Below are positions 57,987-64,000 of a DNA stretch of 64,000 nucleotides, one piece after another (within the stretch, counting starts at the first letter, position 1; each line of letters starts with the position of its first letter). The stretch comes from Nitrospirota bacterium. Lineage in GTDB: Bacteria > Nitrospirota > UBA9217. A model generated the notes under the pieces. It ran no database searches and had not been told where the DNA came from. It saw only the letters and a list, made by a program, of their open reading frames with translations. A program made the position numbers and the translations under genes. Location of the stretch: positions 672,001 to 736,000 of the forward strand of contig CAVVUN010000015.1 in the NCBI GenBank assembly GCA_963751455.1, given 5' to 3'.

Positions 57987-59903
57987 ATGTCTAACAAGAA
58001 AGCTCTTCTCGAGGCGATTGAAAAAGAAGAAGCATTGCTTTCGAATCTGGACAGCGAACGCGAGAAATCTCTTTTTAGACTCAAAGCATTCAAACAACAA
58101 CTTGCCGAACTGGAAGCAACGTGCGCTGAGTCGGTTATATCCTACGCAGCCAAGACTCCCAAGGAAAAAGTATCGTTATTCCGTTCTCTGTTTCACGGGA
58201 GGGAGGATATCTTTCCGAGACTTTGGACCAGCCGCGCCGGCAAGAAAGGTTATTCTCCGGCCTGTTCGGATGATTGGATCTCCGGCACATGCGGGAAGAC
58301 GCACAAACCGCCTGTAAAGTGCAGCGAATGCACGAATCGAAACTTCCTTCCTGTAACCGATCAAGTCATTATGAATCATCTCCAAGGGCGTCATGTAGTC
58401 GGTGTTTACCCAATGTTGCCTGACGATACTTGCTGGTTCCTTGCCGCTGATTTCGATAAAGAATCATGGAGGGACGATGTCAGTGCATTCCGGGAAACCT
58501 GCAAGATCATGAATATCCCGGTGGCAATAGAACGATCACGCTCAGGAAATGGAGCCCATGCGTGGTTCTTCTTTGCCGAGCCCATCCCAGCGGCGACGGC
58601 GCGAACAATGGGATGCTACCTGATCACGGAAACCATGAGCCGGAGACATCAACTCAGCATGGAATCCTATGACCGGCTGTTCCCCAGCCAGGATACTTTG
58701 ACCAAAGGCGGCTTCGGGAACCTGATCGCGCTGCCGTTTCAGCATGAGCCACGCCAAGAAGGCAATACCGTATTCCTGGATGATAAGTTAAGTCCCTATG
58801 AAAATCAATGAGCGTATCTTGCATCAATAGGACGAATGTCACCGGAAGAAATTCAGCGAATTGCAAACGAGGCGATACGACTTGATAGTGTGATCGGTGT
58901 TCCGCGAGATGCCGGTCAAGATGAAGGCGATCATATTCCATGGACACGGTCGCCGTCCAGAAAAGCAGGGAAAAAGAAAGTCACCGGAACGTTTCCATCA
59001 GAAACACATGTTGTTTTTGCGCAACGTCTTTTTATCGAGAAAAAGACGTTGCCCTCGCCTTTCATAACCCGTATCAAGCGGCGGGCGGCGTTTCAGAATC
59101 CGATGTTTTATGAAAAGCAGAGTTTGCGCTTATCCACGGCAAGAATACCCCGTGTGATCTCCTGCTACGAAGAGCATCCTGAACACATCGCTGTCCCGAG
59201 AGGTTGTCTCGACAGCCTTCGCGAACTGTTCGTGGAGCATGGCGTAAAGCTCATGCTCGATGACAAACGTGTTGCTCCCGCCGGTCCATCATATGCCTTC
59301 CAGGGAACGTTGAGAGACGCGCAGCTGGAGGCCGTCAATGAAATTTTGAAGCACGATCTCGGCGTCCTCTCCGCACCGCCGGGATTCGGCAAGACGGTTA
59401 TCGGTGCTCATCTTATTGCCAACCGGGGTTGCAGCACACTCGTGCTTGTCCACCGGAAAGAGCTTCTCGATCAGTGGATTGCGCGGCTTTCCCTTTTTCT
59501 CGGCATTGATCCTAAGGAAATCGGAAGGATTGGGGCGGGGAAGAACAAGTCGAACGGAATGTTAGACGTTGCCATGATTCAGAGCCTGGTCCGGAAAGAT
59601 GAAGTCAATGATATTGTCGCCGGCTATGGTCAGGTGATTGTGGATGAGTGCCATCACCTCCCGGCAGTTTCCTTTGAGCGCGTCCTGAACGAGGGCAGAG
59701 CTCGTTATGTTGTGGGCCTGACCGCAACGCCCTACCGGCGCGATGGACACCAGCCGATTATCCATATGCAATGCGGTCCCGTCAGGTATTCGGTTCATCC
59801 GAAAAGCCAGGAAGCGAGAACGCAGTTCAAGCACCAGTTGATTTGTACAGCCACGGTGCTGATGGAAAACTCCGTGATCGCGCCTGAACGCTCAGGGGAT
59901 TAG
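57987..59903 (+). pseudogene. Primase-like plus SF2 (DEAD/DEAH-type) helicase, TOTE-like; nonsense codon and truncation
   Basis: LFRSLF.GRED, FLAADFD, ERSRSGNGAH, GFGNLIALP; TGA 58809 at Q[W]AYL, same frame resumes with APPGFGKT, DECHH, GLTAT; second RecA domain missing. Confidence 0.8.
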
Positions 59904-59960
59904 GGTCGCTTCTTTGCCCTTGACGCGCTGGGTAAATAATAACGCCATTATACTGTGACC

Positions 59961-60374
59961 TCATGTCGCCTCACTCCGCTGCCGCTCGATCTCCCGCAAA
60001 AACTCCCGCACATTTACGACTCTGACGGCGTCTTTCGGAAAGTGCTTCTTGTTCTTCGTTACGATGAAGTCCGCATCCCCGCCTAAGGCAGCGGAGAGGA
60101 ACTTTTCGTCATCGGCATCCGCGCAGAGGCCTTGCGCTGCCGCCGGGCGCACCTTGATCGCCTTAGCAAATACCAGTTCAAGCAGCTCTTCACTTTTGTC
60201 CGGGGGTACGTCGTTATCAAAAAGATGAATTACCCGGAGATACTCGTCGAAGACGTCGTGCGTGACGATCAATTCGAATTCTGCATCCTGAAATGCCCGG
60301 ATGATCTTTGCGGCTCCGCCGTCGGCATTAAGCAGACCGGCCAGAAAGATGTTGGTGTCGATGACGGCCCTCAA
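59961..60374 (-). CDS. PIN-domain toxin
   Basis: AVIDTNIF, C.DADDEKFL.AA, IVT.N.KHF. Confidence 0.88.
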   Translation of the reverse strand: MRAVIDTNIFLAGLLNADGGAAKIIRAFQDAEFELIVTHDVFDEYLRVIHLFDNDVPPDKSEELLELVFAKAIKVRPAAAQGLCADADDEKFLSAALGGDADFIVTKNKKHFPKDAVRVVNVREFLREIERQRSEAT

Positions 60375-60646
60375 TTACGCGGACCCCGTCGTGCGGTCTT
60401 TACGGCCTCATCTATGCTTTTCGCGGTGATGCCCGCCCGCTTCGCTGATTTGCGCACGCTCCCCAAGGCCTCATCGAACTTCCGTGCCCAATCCACGTTC
60501 TTGTCAGAAACACGCTTTGGGGTGATGATGATATGATTGTTGTCGTAGGATACTTCGACGACGTCACCCTGCTCAATATGCGCCTTTTTCCGAATATCGG
60601 CGGGGATCGTGACCTGGGCGAATCGTTTTACCTTCACTAGCGACAT
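60371..60646 (-). CDS. AbrB/MazE family antitoxin
   Basis: QVTIPADIRKK..I..GD.V; 4-nt overlap with the PIN gene. Confidence 0.88.
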   Translation of the reverse strand: MSLVKVKRFAQVTIPADIRKKAHIEQGDVVEVSYDNNHIIITPKRVSDKNVDWARKFDEALGSVRKSAKRAGITAKSIDEAVKTARRGPRN

Positions 60647-60721
60647 TGCAGTTCTCCTCTCTTAATCTCTTAATTTAAAATTTTACACCTATTTATGGCG
60701 TCAGTCAACCTCCTTCTTGCC

Positions 60722-61848
60722 CGTTGCTTCATAATAAAATGTTACCGGAAGATAGTATGTAGGTTTAAGGTTTGAAGATCTTTTTAAGCTTCTTTTCCAA
60801 GGCTTTTCTTAAGACAAAGAGGTTCAGCGTTTTGAATTGTTCCATGAGTGCATGCTTTGTTTTTGCGGAGATCTCAGGAGAGTCCAGGCGATCGTAGCCG
60901 AGCCATTGCCTCACGTGAGTCCAGTTTTTTTGCTCCACGTGGGCGTTGTCGTCTTTTTTATAAGCACGGCTCCGGGTAAACTGAACCGGCCGGATTCTGT
61001 TCTCGGTCAGATAGCGAAGCAGGTGGTGATTTAAAAACTCACTACCGTTGTCAGTGTCAAAGCCCAGGATCGGGAACGGAAGCGATTGTTCGATATTCTT
61101 GATCTGGTCGATGACATCCTGATAGTTTTTGCCCCAGACAGCGCGCTGTTCCGTCCAGCCGGTAGCGATGTCCACGCAATCGAGGGTGTTGGCATACATG
61201 CCTTCCGTAGAGCTTCCACAATGGGCAACGGTATCGGCCTCCAGGAAGCCCGGACGGGATTCATCCCATTGATTGGTTTTGATTGGAATATGCTTTTTTA
61301 AGAGCGTCCCTGGCTTGGTTGTCGCCCTGCCGTGTTTGGTATGCAGAGCACGGACCGGCTTTAAGACCCGGTCAATGCTTGATGGAGATATCCGGAGCAA
61401 GGCCGCCGCAGCCTTCTGGGAGATGGGGCCATAGGTCTTGATATAGCCGGGCAGCCACAGCGGGATAATGGCCTTCAATCGCTTTGAGCAGGGCAGATTC
61501 GCTGCCTTCCAAATGCGTTTTAAAGGCACCAGAAGCATCTCAGGATCATACAAGGGCCTTCTTCCTGGCTTTCGCAACGGTTTTGGGGTAAACCGTCGAA
61601 AGGTCCTCAGAAGCCTAAGCGCGTGCTTACGGTGGTACCCGCAGGTTGAACAGAATTCGTTCAGAATCGTTGTTTTTATTTTCCGGGAAGCGGCCCGGTA
61701 CCGTTTAACGATTGCAGCCAGATACTCCCGTTTTGATCGTGGACTCATCAGAACTAACCCTCCTTTGGGGGGTCATGTTCCGGTAACATGAATTATGAGT
61801 CAACGATCAATTTTTAAATTCAATTGGGTAACATTTAATTTGAGTCAA
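60722..61848 (-). mobile_element. IS with rve-type DDE transposase (ORF 60765-61748), probably internally deleted
   Basis: EADTVAHCG, DTDNGSEF, SRAYKKDDNAHVEQKN; imperfect IRs 60722-60750 and 61778-61805, extra end repeat 61827-61848. Confidence 0.82.
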
Positions 61849-61989
61849 TTCGGCCCCCAAAAAGCTTCCATTTGGCATTGATTTTATGCTATTATCACCA
61901 AACGAGCCGCGTAGCGCGAGTTCGCAGTTCCGGGAGGTCGCGTTGTTAGAGGGAGCCTCCGGCTCCTGCCGGAGGGGGCTCCACTGGCG

Positions 61990-62190
61990 GTGCAATGCCT
62001 TGGAGAATTTCTTGTCGAAGATTTCGGTTTTAATGAACTCTCTGTCAAAGAGGGAAATCGCGCCGCTATGTTTTGCGGAGAGCAAGCTGGTAAAGTTCGT
62101 GGTCCCCCTTTTCCATCGCTGCATTGAAGCTCCCGAGAGCGGCACGGAGCTTCCATTCGTAAGGTGAAATAATTGTCGTATTCGCGCGCT
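61990..62190 (-). pseudogene. Fragments of a second MNT-HEPN pair
   Basis: SAKHSGAISLFDREFIK...FSKALH parallels the 57432 protein; IISPYEW...AMEKG resembles an MNT C-terminus. Confidence 0.6.
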
Positions 62191-62249
62191 TGGCTTACTC
62201 CCGAATTCGCTCGCTACGCGAAGTGACGGTTCGTAGAGGAATCTCCAGA

Positions 62250-62280
62250 ATTCGAACCCCCGTTATAGCCGTGAAAGGCG
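62250..62280 (-). other. Inverted tRNA-Glu fragment
   Basis: Reverse complement cctttcacggc(t)ataacgggggttcgaat matches the tRNA-Glu anticodon-to-T-loop with one mismatch. Confidence 0.75.
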
Positions 62281-62388
62281 AAAAAACCTAAATACACCAG
62301 ATCGTTGGAATGCCAAGAAACTCCTAATTTTGAAGGAAAAACGGGAAACCCGGACAACATCAATCCCCCTGGGGACGCCAAAATTTCA

Positions 62389-62422
62389 AGAGGGTTAGCT
62401 GAAAAGCTAGCCTCTTTTTTTT
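62389..62422 (+). terminator. Terminator after the third att copy
   Basis: agagggttagct-gaaa-agctagcctct followed by a T-tract. Confidence 0.7.
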
Positions 62423-62504
62423 GAAAACGTAGCAGAGCGTAGCTGCTCTCTGGCTTCCGGTACATTTACCGCTTCCCTCAAGTTCTCCGGTGGCAAGTAC
62501 TTTG

Positions 62505-62650
62505 CAGCAACGTCATGCGAAGATCCTTGTGCCCCAGCAGTTCCATGATCATCTGTCATCCACTCCTGATTGCCTCATGCCTGAACAAAGTCGTGTCTTA
62601 GATCGCGAACCGGAGGGAAGAACGGTTTGCCTTTGCGCGGTTAAACACAT
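62505..62650 (-). pseudogene. Frameshifted tyrosine integrase relic
   Basis: Minus-strand pieces LRF/RDLRHDF, MRQSGVD, IMELLGHKDLRMT. Confidence 0.7.
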
Positions 62651-62763
62651 CTGATAATCTCCTGCTGAAGGGGTCTCTTACCGAACTCGCGGTGGGGACT
62701 TCCGAAGAATCTGTTCGACGCTCTTGCAGCATGCGACCGGTCAGCTGCCGAAAGCATCCTTTT

Positions 62764-63006
62764 TTAGCCTGTTTTCCTTATGTAGAAAGTGAACGTACCC
62801 GAACCTTCATCTATCTTGACAATCTCGTTCCCGGTGCTTTTTGCCCATGATACCATGTCATTTTTAGATCCCGGATCCGTTGCCTCTACTTTCAAGACCT
62901 GATCTTTAGAAAGCGCCTCGACCGCCTTTTTTGTTTTCAGTATCGGGAGCGGACAAGTCATCCCTTTTGCGTCGAGAACCTGGTCAAACTTTATATCTGG
63001 CGCCAT
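62764..63006 (-). CDS. tusA: TusA/SirA family sulfur carrier
   Basis: LDAKGMTCPLPILK, ATDPGS..D...W. Confidence 0.88.
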   Translation of the reverse strand: MAPDIKFDQVLDAKGMTCPLPILKTKKAVEALSKDQVLKVEATDPGSKNDMVSWAKSTGNEIVKIDEGSGTFTFYIRKTG

Positions 63007-63086
63007 GTTTTACCTCCGATTAACACAAAGAGAAGAGGGCCGGGAGCTCCGGCCCTCTTTTTAGAGGAGGTGCAGACAAAAAACTA

Positions 63087-63503
63087 TCAGAAGCAGAGAG
63101 AACCTTTTGCATGTGACGCAAGATCTATCAAGCTCATTGCGCCTGCAGGCGTTACGCCGGGCATCAGGTCCCCGGGGGTAATCTTCTTATTCGCCATCGT
63201 CTGGGTACAGCACTGGATCTCCACTCCCATATCGACGGCCTCCCGGAGGCGTTGCGCGACAGTGGGGACGCCGGGTTCCGTATGCTCCTGTCGTTCCAAA
63301 ACCCCGTTTACCATGACATCTACTGCGTTTTGAACACAGTACAGAATTGTCCGGTAATCTGCGGCTGCCGCCAAAGACGCGAACATGAGCGCCGAGCGCA
63401 ACCGTGCGGGGGTCTCCAGCCCGGACGCACAGAGGACGATGAACAGGTTGGCAAGGCCCCCGTTCGAACAGTCAATGCCTTTATGCTGCAGCACTTCCTG
63501 CAT
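63087..63503 (-). CDS. DsrE/F family protein
   Basis: ALMFA.LAAA, GVEIQCC.QTM, L.PGV..AG; GGAGG RBS before ATG 63503. Confidence 0.78.
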   Translation of the reverse strand: MQEVLQHKGIDCSNGGLANLFIVLCASGLETPARLRSALMFASLAAAADYRTILYCVQNAVDVMVNGVLERQEHTEPGVPTVAQRLREAVDMGVEIQCCTQTMANKKITPGDLMPGVTPAGAMSLIDLASHAKGSLCF

Positions 63504-64000
63504 GTGAATCCTCCAGTTCGGCCTTGATCGCCACCGGCCGGGCAAGCGTCATTCCCACCGGGGATGTCGATATGACATGTTTATGCAGTTCTTCGAGCGT
63601 CTTCTTGTCTGCGGAAGATTTTATCCTGACCTTCGCGGTGATGTTCTTGAAGCCGGGAAGTTTGTCCATCTTGAGCTTTTCAGGAGCTTCGAGGCCGAGA
63701 AATCCCGGGAGGTCGATCTCTCCTTCCAGGTCGATCTTGATATCGTCGATCTTGATGTTGCGGACCGCAGCATTCATGGCGTAGCCTATCGACAAGCATG
63801 CACCGTAGGCCTGAAGCACCATCTCGACCGGGTTGGCCGCGGTGTTTGTCCCGCACAGCATCTCGGGTTCGTCGGCCAGGAGCTTGAAGTCCCGGGAACA
63901 TGTCTCGACTTTGAATCCGCCTTTCCATGTCGTTGTTGCCTTCCAAGTCGTTCTGCCGACTTCCCAGTTTTTCTTGACCGTGTCCACGACCTGCATCAAC
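63481..64000 (-). CDS. OsmC family protein (5' end outside the window)
   Basis: DEP..L.G.N.A.NPVE..L.A.GACL, EGEIDL.GFLG, SPV. Confidence 0.88.
   Translation of the reverse strand, partial: LMQVVDTVKKNWEVGRTTWKATTTWKGGFKVETCSRDFKLLADEPEMLCGTNTAANPVEMVLQAYGACLSIGYAMNAAVRNIKIDDIKIDLEGEIDLPGFLGLEAPEKLKMDKLPGFKNITAKVRIKSSADKKTLEELHKHVISTSPVGMTLARPVAIKAELEDSHAGSAAA

Larger units (their letters stand above)
56197..62381. mobile_element. Second, decayed tandem island at tRNA-Glu
   Basis: Third tRNA 3' copy AATCCCCCTGGGGACGCCAA at 62362-62381; TA, IS and pseudogene cargo; no integrase seen. Confidence 0.7.

Noticed and set aside
58809-58811. TGA as selenocysteine in the helicase gene
   Set aside because: The position corresponds to Trp (Q-W-A-Y-L), no clear SECIS-like hairpin follows, and the gene is also truncated

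Overview
Bacterial chromosomal window. Gene content suggests a Nitrospirota- or Desulfobacterota-like organism (inference only). The core half (1-36.1 kb) holds the end of a Wzy-type polysaccharide locus, a sigma54-driven cusCBA-like efflux operon with a 1-nt frameshift in cusA, an scpA-HEAT-scpB-minD-like-DnaJ/HTH cluster, nrdJ with tandem NrdR boxes, ttcA, a probable DUF1573 selenoprotein (in-frame TGA plus SECIS-like hairpin), serA, purA, tRNA-Lys and tRNA-Glu. Many core intergenic gaps carry inverted pairs of short 7-mer/9-mer tandem repeats. tRNA-Glu is a tandem integration hotspot. Element 1 (36071-56196, about 20 kb, exact 30-bp att repeats and arm-type repeats) looks like a phage satellite. 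It carries an integrase whose C-terminus is rewritten by recombination, a lambda O-like initiator with iterons, DnaB, a CHC2 protein, a TerS-like gene, a structured leader RNA with two loop/target complementarities, a 1943-aa nuclease-STAND defence candidate, an AcrVA2/FinQ-like protein and a C2H2 zinc-finger protein. Element 2 (to 62381) is a decayed TA/defence islet with an IS. A third integrase relic follows, then tusA/dsrE/osmC-like genes. All family calls come from motif recognition, with no database search.
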